A DNA stretch of 64,000 nucleotides, from positions 62,001 through 126,000 of the forward strand of contig CM074811.1 of assembly GCA_037447605.1 (NCBI GenBank). Reading direction: 5' to 3'. This DNA comes from Zygnema circumcarinatum SAG 698-1b (Eukaryota; Plantae; Zygnematophyceae). Numbering within the stretch: position 1 is the stretch's first letter; each line of letters starts with the position of its first letter. The notes beneath the pieces were generated by a model that was given only the letters and a program-made list of their open reading frames with translations, did no database searches and had not been told where the DNA came from. The translations under genes were made by a program, and so were the position numbers. This document shows positions 39,251 to 51,630 of the stretch, piece by piece.

Positions 39251-42200
39251 CCCCATGCTTTTATGTTTCCATCCAATGCATTACCTAACGGTTAGGGCAT
39301 CGGATACCCTATAGGACGACGGAGGTCCTAGGTTCGAACCGTAAGAACTGGTTCACCCGTGGGGCTGCCACATAATCTCTATGGGCCCCACGCCACTGCC
39401 GCGTCCCCTCCTCTGCAGAGGGAAAGATCACTGACTAATCCAAGCACTACCTGACCAATCCTGCTCAAGCGATTGGGATCTCGGGCCGCTGGCCCTGGAT
39501 CCCTTTGACTTCGCTCGTCCGCATAATAACGGGTTACCCGCTGGTACGGACGGATCGCCGGGCCGACCAAGGCCAGCGTAGGGATCCGACCGCGGTAATC
39601 GACCGTACCTGGCGCGTCGCTGTCGCTGTATGCGCGCCGCGGAATGCGGCAGGAAAGCATTCAGACAAGAAAATTCCTCCGACCCATTCGAGTCGTAGGG
39701 ACACGTAGCCTCACATTGGACGCTCGCCTAACTCCATGCCGGTAGAGGCCTAACGGAAGTGTAGCGGGCGAGTGGTGACCGCCGTCACCCAACCAACATA
39801 CGATTCGGGTTACCCCGCCAGGCCGCTGGCCACCGGCTTCTTGCTCTCTCTCCCCGCCAACTCGAGCCGGTGCGGATTCCGTAGGCCAAGGAGTTAGATT
39901 ACCGCTACATTGTATCGAGCGGCGCCTCCCTTCTTTGAAGAACCTGGGCGGGTCATGGTGACCACCGCCGGGCCTTAGGGGACCTGGGGCCCTTGGCCGC
40001 CACCTCCACCACCTTCCTGACGAAGTGACGGGAGGAGAACTGAGATCAGCGGCCACTCCTACGGAGGGGCCTGGGCCTCGAGCTCCACCTGGATGACCAA
40101 GGTCATCCCAAGGATCGGCCGCCTCCTCCTCAAGGCCACCGAGTCAAGTAAGTTCTGAAGGAATCCACCATCCTTACGCGATCGGGGCCCACATCACGGC
40201 CTCAAGCATGAAGTACAGGATCGACGAACCGGAGCTGACGTAGCAGGCTAGGCCGGCTGCCACCATGGCCTCAGATGAGGTGGTGGACGACATGTGGAGC
40301 TCACTGGCCCACCGCCAGGACACGCTCCAAATGGAGTCTCGGCCTTCTGACAAAGCCCCGAGGATCGAGAAGGTATACCAACCCCCTCAGCCGTAGAGGC
40401 AAGTGCGGATGCATCGTGTCCCTGTGAAGCGGGTTAGGCAAACCACTCCTGCAGGGGCCGCCGCTCCCGCCCCGACGCCTTCAACCGGGCCGCCGGCAGC
40501 CGCGTAGTCCCACCCCTGGTTTTTCCACTTGGGAAGTCACCCCCACCTGGTGAAGTAACCACCCAGCATTGGGACTTCGCCGGCAGCCGGGCCGGGGCGG
40601 GAGGAGATCCTGGGCCCCTGGACGCCCCCTCAAGAACCTATCGAGGATGCTCACTGGCCTCAGCCAAGGTGGCCCCTTTCCTTTTGGGGCGAACATCCTA
40701 CCACGGACTGCTCGATTGAGCAGTGGTTGGGTCAAACGAAGGGCTACCTTCGGAAGTGAATCAGTTCCCTCCAAAGGGGTAAGCTTTGCTTACTCCAGCA
40801 CTCGCAGGAGCCGAGATACCGCGGTGTATGAGGCCTCTCATGAGATTAGATTCATCGGGATGTAAGTTCGTAGATGAACTTATCAAACACCTTTAGCCTT
40901 GGATCCCGCTTGGAGGCCCGGGATAAGTTTCGCAACATGGTCCAAACCGCAACAAGGCCAGACCCACAAGTGGTGCCCCAAATCAATACCACAAGCTTCC
41001 CGATGCTCTTTCCACTCAGAATGGTCAGCCACACCGAGAAGCAGTTTAAGAACCAACCCACCTGACTGGAACCGCGGGACCCCACGACTCTGAGCCGCAT
41101 TTTGATGCGCCCATTCAGTTGACGCCGCCTCGCAGCGCATGCAGAGGCCCCCACCCCGCCAGGCTCCGGGCGAATGCGGATGTGGTCGTGGTGCGGGACT
41201 CGCCCCGCCAAACCGGGCAGAAAGAACAAGCTAAGTGTACCGGAAGTGGCTGCCTCGCCCACCCACGCATCTACCGCAGGTTGACTCCTGCAGGAAATGT
41301 GGAGAAGATGCGCTGGGAGAACAAGTGTTTCCGCTGCCGCAAGGAGGGGCACAAGGCCCGTGATTGCCCTCTGAACACCAAGGACAAGAAGGGCAAGGGG
41401 CCGGAAAACCCCAACCCACCAGCAGCTTAGGGGTCGTTGCTGGTGGACATGCTAGGCTAGGGGGAGGGAATGGGGCTGCCATCAGGGATAAAAGACTCTT
41501 GTTTCTTAGAACCCTGGACATTCTTAACTTGGTGGACAGGCCTTTGGGAGTGCAAGATCTCTTTGTGTTTGATGTACTCCCTTCTTCCATTTCTCTTTCC
41601 CCTGCCACTGTAGTGACTCCTTCTGGGTTTATGGATGTAGTGATGAATGCTGATTGGCATGTTCTTTATCCTCAATGTCATGTATGATGTTCTCATGCAA
41701 TGGTGCCATGGATGCTTGCATGTCAAGGGACACACCTCCCACCTGGCTGCACGTGCCGTTCCTCAGCCGACATGGTGTTCGCACCTTTCCCACGCCACTT
41801 GGCGGTTGGTGAAACAGTTGAGGAAAGGGCACACGTTGGTGCAAGAGATGGAAGGATCCACCAGTTTGCTGGTTGGCTCACCCTACACATTAGTGTGGAG
41901 GACGACTCGTCCTCAACCTTCGCATATAGTGCGATCTATGTTCCACCTTGCCCATCGCGGCTACGACCTTCATCGGATCGCTCATCGGTCACCCAGCGCT
42001 CTACCGCTAGATACCGGGCGTATGCTAACTTTGTTAGTTCTCAAGGTTCATCCGTAGATTTGCTGACCATGATCCCCATCCTAAAGTGTTACTTTCGGGG
42101 ATGGACGCAAGGGCCAGATCTCTGGTAGCGTCACACTCAAGATCAAGCTCCAATCCTACTCCGGGGCAGTCAAGTGTCTTCTAACACAACTGGCCCCTGG

Positions 42201-44149
42201 TACTGATGTTATTTTGGGGAGTGCTTGGTTAACCATGGTCAAAGCACAAATGGACTTTTCTGTCCCACATTGCATTCTGCACAGTGGTGACAGGCGGCTT
42301 ACCCTGCACCCTGGCAGAGCCACATCCGCTGCTATCAAGCAGCCTGCTACTCCTTATCTCTGCTCAGCTATGCAATTGGCCAAAGCAGTTAAGGAAGGTT
42401 GCACCTTGTTCATGGTGCATGTCATGGCAGCCACTGAGGATGTCCATGACGAAGATCAGGAATGGCAGATCACATCTACGGTTGTGCTCTCGGCCGTTCC
42501 ACCCAAGATCCAACCTTTGTTGGATGAATTCAGGGATGTTTTCCCTGACGACCTTCCAAGAGGGTTGCCACCATCTAGAGGAGTGGGGCACACAATCCCT
42601 CTTGAGCCTGAGCAAAAGCCGCCTTGGCGGCCGATCTATCGGTTAAGCCCAAAAGAAACCGAGGAGATGCGAAAGCAGTTGGCAACTTTACGTGAAAAGG
42701 GCTGGATAGAACCCAGTCAGAGCCCCTTTGGGGCGCCCATCTTGTTTGTTGGGAAGAAAGATGGTTCGTTGAGGATGTGCATTGATTATCGCGCACTCAA
42801 CAAGATCACCGTAAAGAACCGTTTTGCTTTACCACGTATTGATGATCTGTTGGATCGTCTTCACGGCGCCAGAGTGTTTACTTCACTCGATCTTGCTCAG
42901 GGGTACCATCAGATCCGCGTCACGGAAGCTGATGTGCCAAAAACTGCGTTCCGGACGCCGATTGGTCACTTCCAATATAAGGTGTTGCCCTTTGGATTGA
43001 CTAATGCTCCGGCGACTTTCCAGGCTGTGATGAACGAAATGTTCATCGGCATGGACGAGTTTGTTTTGGTTTACCTCGATGATATCCTTGTCTTCAGTAA
43101 GACAGAGGAGGAACATCTTGAACACGTTCGGAAAGTGTTTGAGACCCTGAGGAAGCACCAATTTTATGCCAAGAGGAAGAAGTGTCACTTCATGCAACGT
43201 GAGTTGCTTTATCTTGGGCATATCCTCAATGATCAGGGTCTTCGACCTGATCCTGCCAAAGTTTCCGCGGTAGAAACTTGGGCGCCACCGACTGACCTGC
43301 ACCAGTTGAGGTCTTTTCTGGGCTTTGCGAATTATTTTCGTAAGTTCATCCAAGGGTTTAGTAAATTGGTTACTCCCTTGACTAATTTGACACGTTCCGG
43401 TGTCCCCTTTACATGGACCCCTGAATGCCAGGATGCATTCGAAGGTGTGCGCCATGCACTTGTTACCGCACCCACTCTCCGTTTAGCGGACCCGTCCAAG
43501 CCTTATGAAGTGGTTTGTGATGCTTCGGGATTCGCCTTGGGTGCCGTCTTGTTTCAAGATGGCCAACCTTTGGCGTATGAAAGTCGCAAAATGAATCCCG
43601 CTGAGCGNNNNNNNNNNAGGAGGATCACGGACTAACGGCACCACGGGACCAATCCGGTCTCGCGATTGGATCTCGGGCCGCGGCCCGGATCCCCCTTTTG
43701 GACTTCTCCGTTCGTCCGTACAATAACGGTTACCCGTTGGTACGGACGGACTGTCAGTCGGACCCCGCGCCGCGCGCGTAGGATCCGACCGTGCACCGAC
43801 GTACGGCGGCGCGTCGCGTCGCGGCGCGCGCCGCGGAATGCGGCGAGCATTCGTACGTTGTACTCCTCTGACCCATTCGAGTCAGAGAGGGACACGTGGC
43901 AGTCTGCCATTGGACAGCCCTGCTTCCAATCCTCCATGCTGGTAGGAGGTTCAACGGGGGAAGTGTAAAGGGGCGAGGGTGACTGTCGTCACCCAACCAA
44001 CATACCGGCATTCGGTTGCACCCCTGCCCAGGGCTGCGCCGCCCTCTGAAGCTCTCTCTTGCTCTCTCTCTCCCGCTGAACTCTGAGTGCTGGTGTGTGA
44101 TTCCGCGTAGGCTGAAGGAGTTAGATTTCAGCCGTTACATCCACACTCT
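39250..44149 (+). mobile_element. Ty3/Gypsy family G2 copy 2
   Basis: Noisy 5' LTR ending ~39909 with a degraded PBS. gag knuckle CFRCRKEGHKARDC, RT ORF 42214-43608 (LPFGLTNAP, YLDD, VVCDASG), N gap, and a 3' LTR ending CCGTTACA at ~44149. Confidence 0.85.
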
Positions 44150-45519
44150 TTTGTCGTGTAGCTCTAGCCGCAATGTATATAAAACAGATTAGGACATTGT
44201 ACTTTTCACCACGTTAATCACACATCTGTCTTTTTGTGTCAACTCTCTCTGTCCTCACTTTGATCGTACAATGTCCACTCCGTCTTTTTCAATACTTCCT
44301 CCTCAACACCCTCCTTCCTCCTCCTCCTTCCTCAACACCCTCTCCTTTTTCTTCCTTCGCCCTTCCACCATTCTCCCTTTCACCACACTCCATGTTCCTT
44401 CCTCCTCCTTCCTCTTTCCTCCTCCTCCTCCACCAATCATTATTTGTCGGTCATTTCGGTTTCTCTGGTAGGAAGAAATGCAGCAGTAGCTGCAGCAGCA
44501 GAACGGCAGAGAAACCGCAGCGACATAAGTGTTGGTTACGGTAGATTTCGGAACAAAACGGCAGCAAGCACCACCAGCAACTCTTCAGCTAGACAGGCGA
44601 GTGTAAGAAAATGGAAGTCGGGAGGACGTGAAGAATAGGGGAAGATGATATTGCGGTTGTTCCGTAAACGTTTCGTCATCNNNNNNNNNNTGGCTCTTGC
44701 TAGCCCGTGGCGGTTCGCCACGTGGCCGGATCACCGTCATGTGTCAGCGCTAGAGGTATCTAGCGGGTTCACCGCGTTCGGCGGGTGGACTAGCCGTGTC
44801 GCGCCCGCGCGACGCGCGCGTGCGACACCGGCGACGTCGTTCATGCGACACGCGCATACGACGCGCAGATGCGACGCGCGGCCGACCGGTTGGCCTGTTG
44901 ACTTTCGTAACTTTCCTTTTCCGTCAATTTTTGTTCGCGCCCGCGCGACGAACGAAGCGGCGGAAAAGCGTCAGTGGAGTCGTCTCCGAATGTCGGCTAC
45001 GAACTGCGGTGCTATGTGGACCACCATGCGTGGGTCCGCGACCTGAACGGAACGGCTGTACGGACGGCAGCCGGAAAATGGCGAAAGAGACCTGACGGTC
45101 AAAGAATCTACAACGGGAGGGCAATCGGTAGGTCAACCGTCGCCGTCACCGTACTGGCACGAAACGGCTGTATTTGGACAATCGTTGTGGACGAGGATGT
45201 GGGTCCTTTTTTGTACGATTTTCGTAATCGCAGGATTGTGATTGTCGGTTGACAATGCTTGAAACGGGATGTTTGTACCGGTATGTGTTGGTAAACCGTA
45301 ACAGCTTGTGTTGTCAAACTATGGACACGCAAGATTTGGAATGGTTCGGTTGACAACGCCCGAAACGGTCATCGTGTTGGTCAAATTAAAAACCGCTCTA
45401 ACGTACCGTGTCGTGTTTGACAGATACGTAACAGCTCTATTTGTAGTTTGACAAACGGTAGCCGTTGCCGAATCCATTGTTACGACAGCCTTATTTGATG
45501 TGACTTAANNNNNNNNNNC

Positions 45520-47310
45520 GACAGCGTTCGTTTTGAATGTTTTACGGGACTTATTGTTGTAAATAGGGTATGTGTCGCAGCGTGTTTAAAGTGGCCACGT
45601 GGTGCATTCTAATTGGTTAAATCGCACCTCGCGCAACTGAACAGAACACAATATTAAACAGCTTATGTGTTCGATCAGTTGCCGTTTCAGTTCACTTCAC
45701 ATAATTAAGGTTCGAAGACATTTCTATAAAAAGGCAACGCACGAGGATCTTGATTCGCAGCCTGTTGTTTTTAAATCCGACCCTCCAATTTCGGCTAATA
45801 GGGGGAGTCAGACCTTGACCATCGCAATTGCAAGATTTCGACCGCGGAAAGGTATTGATTTCGATTTCCGAATTCGGGTCGGAAACCACGGCTCCCCCCG
45901 AACCTGTCTGTCACGTCCGTACGGCGGAATAGGTTACAAAAGTGCCCCCAAATTTCAGAATTCCGCGCTCCGAAACGGGGGGCCTCGTTTCGAAATTTCC
46001 AGCTTTCCGCCGATCAGGAATCGTGCCCCGCCTTGTCGCCATGCGCGTCACGCACGAGCGAGCGCCTCACCGCCGCCGCCCGGACGCCGCGACTCGCCGC
46101 CGCGCAGAGCAGCGTTTCAGGGCTGGCACAGCTTTGGGGTTTCTCTTTCCCCCACCAACAACACCCACCTTGCGGCAAGCACGTCCTCACGGACCTCATA
46201 AGCACCACGGGAGAGTGGTCAGCGAGGACGCGAAGTGACGACGGCGGAGTTGATCAGCGGTGAGTCCTTGCCCTTGCACCTGCCCCTGCCTCCCTCGCCC
46301 TGGCCCATGCCTTCCTTGTCTCCCTTACTGCTCTTTCTGCTGCTGCTGCTGCTGGTTTTTTTTTTGCTGCTTCTTTTTCTGCTGCTGTTGCTATTGCTGT
46401 GCNNNNNNNNNNCGTTTTCTATGTACGACAGCGTTCGTTTTGAATGTTTTACGGGACTTATTGTTGTAAATAGGGTATGTGTCGCAGCGTGTTTAAAGTG
46501 GCCACGTGGTGCATTCTAATTGGTTAAATCGCACCTCGCGCAACTGAACAGAACACAATATTAAACAGCTTATGTGTTCGATCAGTTGCCGTTTCAGTTC
46601 ACTTCACATAATTAAGGTTCGAAGACATTTCTATAAAAAGGCAACGCACGAGGATCTTGATTCGCAGCCTGTTGTTTTTAAATCCGACCCTCCAATTTCG
46701 GCTAATAGGGGGAGTCAGACCTTGACCATCGCAATTGCAAGATTTCGACCGCGGAAAGGTATTGATTTCGATTTCCGAATTCGGGTCGGAAACCACGGCT
46801 CCCCCCGAACCTGTCTGTCACGTCCGTACGGCGGAATAGGTTACAAAAGTGCCCCCAAATTTCAGAATTCCGCGCTCCGAAACGGGGGGCCTCGTTTCGA
46901 AATTTCCAGCTTTCCGCCGATCAGGAATCGTGCCCCGCCTTGTCGCCATGCGCGTCACGCACGAGCGAGCGCCTCACCGCCGCCGCCCGGACGCCGCGAC
47001 TCGCCGCCGCGCAGAGCAGCGTTTCAGGGCTGGCACAGCTTTGGGGTTTCTCTTTCCCCCACCAACAACACCCACCTTGCGGCAAGCACGTCCTCACGGA
47101 CCTCATAAGCACCACGGGAGAGTGGTCAGCGAGGACGCGAAGTGACGACGGCGGAGTTGATCAGCGGTGAGTCCTTGCCCTTGCACCTGCCCCTGCCTCC
47201 CTCGCCCTGGCCCATGCCTTCCTTGTCTCCCTTACTGCTCTTTCTGCTGCTGCTGCTGCTGGTTTTTTTTTTTGCTGCTTCTTTTTCTGCTGCTGTTGCT
47301 ATTGCTGTGC
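45520..47310 (+). repeat. Two essentially identical ~880-bp units, 907 bp apart, separated by an N gap
   Basis: 45520-46402 and 46427-47310 translate identically apart from a poly-T length difference. Probably an unmerged contig overlap. Confidence 0.8.
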
Positions 47311-47327
47311 NNNNNNNNNNCTATTAA

Positions 47328-47398
47328 GTTGAAGTGGCGAATTGGTTACGCAACTGTTGCAAAACAGTAATAAAGGGGTTCAAATCCCCTCTTCAACT
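47328..47398 (+). tRNA. tRNA-Cys(GCA)-like unit, non-canonical anticodon loop (copy 1)
   Basis: Acceptor GTTGAAG/CTTCAAC plus T73, D-arm GCG-AATTGGTTA-CGC, anticodon arm ACTGT-TGCAAA-ACAGT, T-arm AGGGG-TTCAAAT-CCCCT, and a T-run downstream. Confidence 0.6.
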
Positions 47399-47767
47399 TG
47401 TAGTGTTTATTCACTTTTCTATTTTTATTTATTTAAACTTTTTGTGTTTTTGCTTCATATGCCAAATATTTGTTGTTATTTTTTTTTAGTTGTTTTTATT
47501 CTATCTATCTATTCTTTATTCTATATTTTATCCTATCTGCTGCGGCTGTTGCTCTTGCTGCTGTTGCAGCATTCATTTTTTTTGTTTTTGATGCTGCATT
47601 TTGCAATACGCATTTTGCCTCCCTTGCACCTGCCCCAGCCTCCTTTGCCTTTGCCCCTTGTTGTGTTGCCCTTGCCTTTGTCTTCCTTGCCTTTGCTTGT
47701 GCCCCTCATTCCTTTGCTTATGCTACTGTTGTGTGTATGATTGTATGTCATTCCTCCCTCTCCCCAA

Positions 47768-47846
47768 GTCAAAGTGGCGAATTGGTTACGCAACCGTTGT
47801 AAAACATTGCAACAGTAATAAAGGGGTTCAAATCCCCACTTCAACT
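47768..47846 (+). tRNA. tRNA-like unit copy 2, with an insertion in the anticodon arm
   Basis: Same D-arm and near-identical T-arm, 440 bp downstream of copy 1; acceptor stem imperfect. Confidence 0.5.
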
Positions 47847-48685
47847 TGTAGTGTTTTAATATTCTTCTATTTTTATTTATTTAAAGTTTTTGTGTTTTTG
47901 CTTTATATGCCAAACATTTGTTGGTATTTTTTTTAGTTGTTTTTATTGCTTTTTACCATCTCCTTCAAAACTTTGAATTGGGTTGTTGTTGTAGCACAAT
48001 TTAGAACATTGAATACGCTTCTCCCATGAATGTACAAATGAAACACAAAGTAATGGCTTGTGTGAAATCTCAAGTGAAGATGCAACGACAAAGACTGGAG
48101 TGGGAGAAACAACAATGAGAGTTTACTGAGGCAAGGCGAATCCTAGATGAAGAAGAAGAACAAAAATTACAAATATAAGATTCTCAAGAAGAACAAAGAT
48201 TACACATTATTGGAGCAGCGTAAAAAATCTATTAATGTTAAAACATGATATTATTTGCATTTAGAATCGCTTAAAGTAGAATACAGGAGAACTCAAAAAA
48301 GTGTGTGCACAAAGAGAGGGAGGGAAGGAGGCCAGGGGGGGGGTGTCTTAGTGACGCCAGTACTTACTAAATTGAGAATGAATGGCACAAGTTTTTATAT
48401 TGAGACATGGTTTTTATTTTGTATACAAAAAGTATTTTTATATATGTTTGTGTGTATGTATATATGTGTATGAATTATTTGCGTGAATGTGTTTTTATAA
48501 GAACAAAGAAAGAGTAGTAGTTGTGTATGCTACAAGGAAGATTCAGAAACATTTGTACAATCTCATCAATTGAAACAAATAAAGGTAAAAAGCAAAAAAG
48601 ACAACAAAAAAATAACAACAAATATTTGACATATGAAGCAAAAACACAAAAACTATAAATGAATAAAAATAGAATAAACACTACA

Positions 48686-48756
48686 AGTCGAAGAGGGAAT
48701 TTGAACCCTTTTATTACTGTTTTGCAATAGTTGCGTAACCAATCCACCACTTTGAC
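48686..48756 (-). tRNA. tRNA-like unit copy 4
   Basis: Reverse-strand homolog: GTCAAAG...CTTCGAC-T, with several transitions. Confidence 0.5.
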
Positions 48757-49071
48757 TTAATTGGAAGGGGAGGAATAACATACACTCATACACAACACAA
48801 GCATAGGCAAGACTGAGGCAAGGGAGGCAGAATGCGGAATGCGGAATGCGGAATGCCGAATAGGGAATGTGGAATGCAGAATGTAGCAGCAAAAAAAAAA
48901 GCATGCTGCAACAGCAATAGCAGCAGCAAAAGCAGATAGAATAATATATAGAATAAAGAATGGATAGATAGAATAAAAACAACTAGAAAAAATAACAACA
49001 TAGGTTTGGTATATGAAGCAAAAACACAAAAACTTTAAATAAATAAAATAGAAGAATGAATAAACACTACA

Positions 49072-49142
49072 AGTCAAAGAGGGGATTTGAACCCCTTTAT
49101 TACTGTTTTGCAACAGTTGCGTAACCAATCCGCCACTTTGAC
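49072..49142 (-). tRNA. tRNA-like unit copy 3
   Basis: Acceptor GTCAAAG/CTTTGAC fully paired, with the same anticodon and T-arms as copy 1. Confidence 0.6.
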
Positions 49143-49299
49143 TTAATGGGGAGGGGGAGGAATAACACACACTCATATACGTAGCAATGGCATAAGCGAA
49201 GGAACGGGAGGCACAAGCAAAAGGAAGGGAAGGCAGAGGCAAGGGCAACACAGCAAGGGGCAAAGGCAAAGGAGGCTAGGGCATGGGCAAGGGAGGCAA

Positions 49300-50340
49300 A
49301 ATGCGGAATGCGGAATGCGGAATGCGAAATGAGGAATGCAGAATGCAGAATACCAAATGCAACATCCAAAAAATAATAAAAATTGCTGCAGCAGTAACAA
49401 CATAAAAGCAAAAGCAGAAAAAGCAACACCAAAAAAAGCAGCAGCAGCAGCATCAACAATAGCAGCAGCAACAACAGCAGCAACAGCAGCAGCAGTAGAA
49501 AAAGAAGCAATAGCAGCAGCAGCAGCAGCAAGAGTAACAACAAATAGCAATAGCAACAGAAAAAGAAGCAGCAGCAGGAGCAGCAACAGGAGCAGCAAAA
49601 GGAGCAGCAACGGGAACAACAGTAGCAACAACAGCAACACCAGCAGCAGCAACAGCAGCAACAGCATCAACAGCAGCAGCAACAGCAACAACAGCAGCAG
49701 CAACAGCAACAACAGCAGTAACAGCAGCGATAGCAACAACAGCAGCAACAGTAGCAGCAGGAGCTGTAGCAGTAGTAGCAAGATAAGAAGCGACTAGAGC
49801 TGCAGCAGTAGCAGCAGAAACAGCAGCAACAGCAGTAGCAGCGGCAGCAGCACAACAACAACAGCAAAAACAGCAGATGAAGAAGAAGAGGCAGCAGCAG
49901 CAGCAAAAAAACCAAGAGCAAAAAAAGCAACAGCAACATCAACTGCAGCAGCAGGAGATGTAGCAGCAGAAACAGTATCAACAGCAGTAGCAGCGGCAGC
50001 AGCACAACAACAACAGCAGAAACAGCAGATGAAGAGGAAGAAGAGGCAGCAGCAGCAGCAAAAAAAGCAAGAGCAAAAAAAGCACCAGCATAAGAAGCAG
50101 GAGCAACATCAACAACAACAGCATAAAAAGCAGCAACAGCAGCAGTAGCAAAAAGAGCACCAAGGGAGACAAAGGATGCATGAGCAAAGGCGAGGGAGGC
50201 AGGGGCAGGTGCAAGAGCACAGGAGGCAGGGGCAAGGGAAAGGGAGGCAGGGGGAAGGGCAGGGAAGGCAGGTGCAGAGGCAAGGGCAAGGGAGGCAGGT
50301 GCAAGGGCACGGGAGGCAGGCAAGGGGCAAGGGCAAGGAC
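49300..50340. repeat. Low-complexity (GCA/ACA)n and GGCAAG-type microsatellite tract
   Basis: Directly visible. It produces spurious poly-Leu, poly-Ser/Asn and poly-Ala ORFs. Confidence 0.9.
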
Positions 50341-50823
50341 TCACCGCTGCTCAAGTCCGCCGTCGTCCCCATAAACCGATCGCGCTCTTGCCGTGGTCGA
50401 CGGCACACCGCTCACCGTTCACTGGGGTGAGGCGAGAGGACGCTCTGCTCGTTCCGCTGCAAGGATAGCTCGGCCATGGCGAGGGAGGAGCCCTAAACCT
50501 TAAACCCGAGCTGATATGAGCTCGCAGCGAGCGAGCAGGCGGGCAGGCGGCGGGCGCGAGGCGCCGCGGCGGGACGCCGCTCGCGCGGTGGTGACGCGCG
50601 TAGCGACAAAACGGAGGGCGGCGGGCGGCAGGCGGCGGAGGGAGCGCGGGGGGGGCGAAAAGGGGGGAGTCAAACCTGGCCCGGAGATACGGAGGCAAAA
50701 TAATTGCTCTCTGGAATTCGTGACGCCCGAGCCTGTCGAACGTCCACTTTTCGCGGAATTGGGCTGCCGTACAACGCGGAATTAGGGCCGGGGACTTTCT
50801 GAATTGATTTGGCGCTGGTCTAA

Positions 50824-51228
50824 GGGTGGGGGTCCATCAGCGTTTGCCTGTACCGCCACATCGGATCATGAGTCATGAAGGGAGAATTGCGGGTTCCATC
50901 AGAGGTCCCTCGAGCCAATCAGCGGACGCCACGTGGACACATTTATTCGTCCACCGTGGCCGCGCGTCCACCGCGCATTGGCGGCTGTGCGCCAGCGTGG
51001 TCGCCGTACCCCCGTGGCATCTCGAACGGATCTTCAACGCCACGCGGCGGCGCACGATTGGAAAACTCAGGCATAGTTCTAGGGAATTTTTTTCAGGGGG
51101 TATGTTTTGGGGAACTACGCCTGTACCTCCACGTCGGTCCTAGTCGGCGCCACGACGGCGCCACATCATCCTCCAAAACAACGCCTGTACCTCCACGTCG
51201 GCGAAAAATCGCTGATGGACCCCCACCC
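50824..51228. mobile_element. 405-bp MITE with perfect 19-bp TIRs
   Basis: GGGTGGGGGTCCATCAGCG (50824-50842) and its exact reverse complement (51210-51228). It interrupts sequence whose homolog is intact at ~45800-45830. No clear TSD, so the superfamily is unassigned. Confidence 0.75.
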
Positions 51229-51446
51229 AGTCTGACTCCCCCTATTCTGCCCCCCTCCCCCATTTTGGATATTTCGGGAGGAGATCGCCCCCCTGTTTTG
51301 AATATTTCTTTCCCGCCCCTCCCGTCCTCTCCCCTCCCCCCCCTGCCCTCCCCCTCCCCTCCCCCTCCCCTTCCCTTCCCTGCCCTTTCCGCCCTCTCCC
51401 CTCCCCTCCCCTCCCCTGCCCNNNNNNNNNNGCAATCTCCACACAA

Positions 51447-51630
51447 ATGACTGAGTATAAGACTCGCGATGAGCTTGTACAAGTCTTGACCAAGCACACT
51501 ATAAGAAGGAAGGATTTCACATCAAGATCGGCAAGCATAGCGATAGCCGCCGACTCTACCTGCAATGCTTTAGCGGGGGGACCTACGAGGACAGAGGTCT
51601 GGAAGAGAGTAGTAAGAAGAGGAATATCTC
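51447..51630 (+). pseudogene. Possible Mutator-like transposase N-terminal (FAR1/WRKY-like) fragment
   Basis: With one frameshift it reads MTEYKTRDELVQVLTKHTI-KEGFHIKIGKHSDSRRLYLQCFSGGTYEDRGLEESSKKR, resembling the MULE N-terminal pattern. Recognised by eye only. Confidence 0.4.

Noticed and set aside
34500-41300. Dense frameshifts read as ancient decay or a mutational process
   Set aside because: The indel-dominated, patchy pattern next to clean blocks suggests unpolished long-read gap filling.
44161-44690. TATA-like box followed by short Pro/Ser-rich ORFs as a captured host gene
   Set aside because: Low complexity, short, gap-truncated and with no recognisable domain.
45520-47310. 907-bp tandem duplication as a biological repeat
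   Set aside because: Near-perfect identity on either side of a 10-N gap is typical of unmerged contig ends.
48336-48356. GGGGGGGGTGTCTTAGTG as the right end of a CACTA element
   Set aside because: No matching CACTA left end or 3-bp TSD is visible.
47328-49142. Apparent compensatory changes in the tRNA-like acceptor stems (copy 1 vs copy 3)
   Set aside because: Fully explained by independent CpG decay, and copies 2 and 4 are mismatched, so it is not evidence of selection.
49100-50430. Long poly-Leu, poly-Ser/Asn and poly-Ala ORFs
   Set aside because: Products of trinucleotide microsatellites that are open in several frames.
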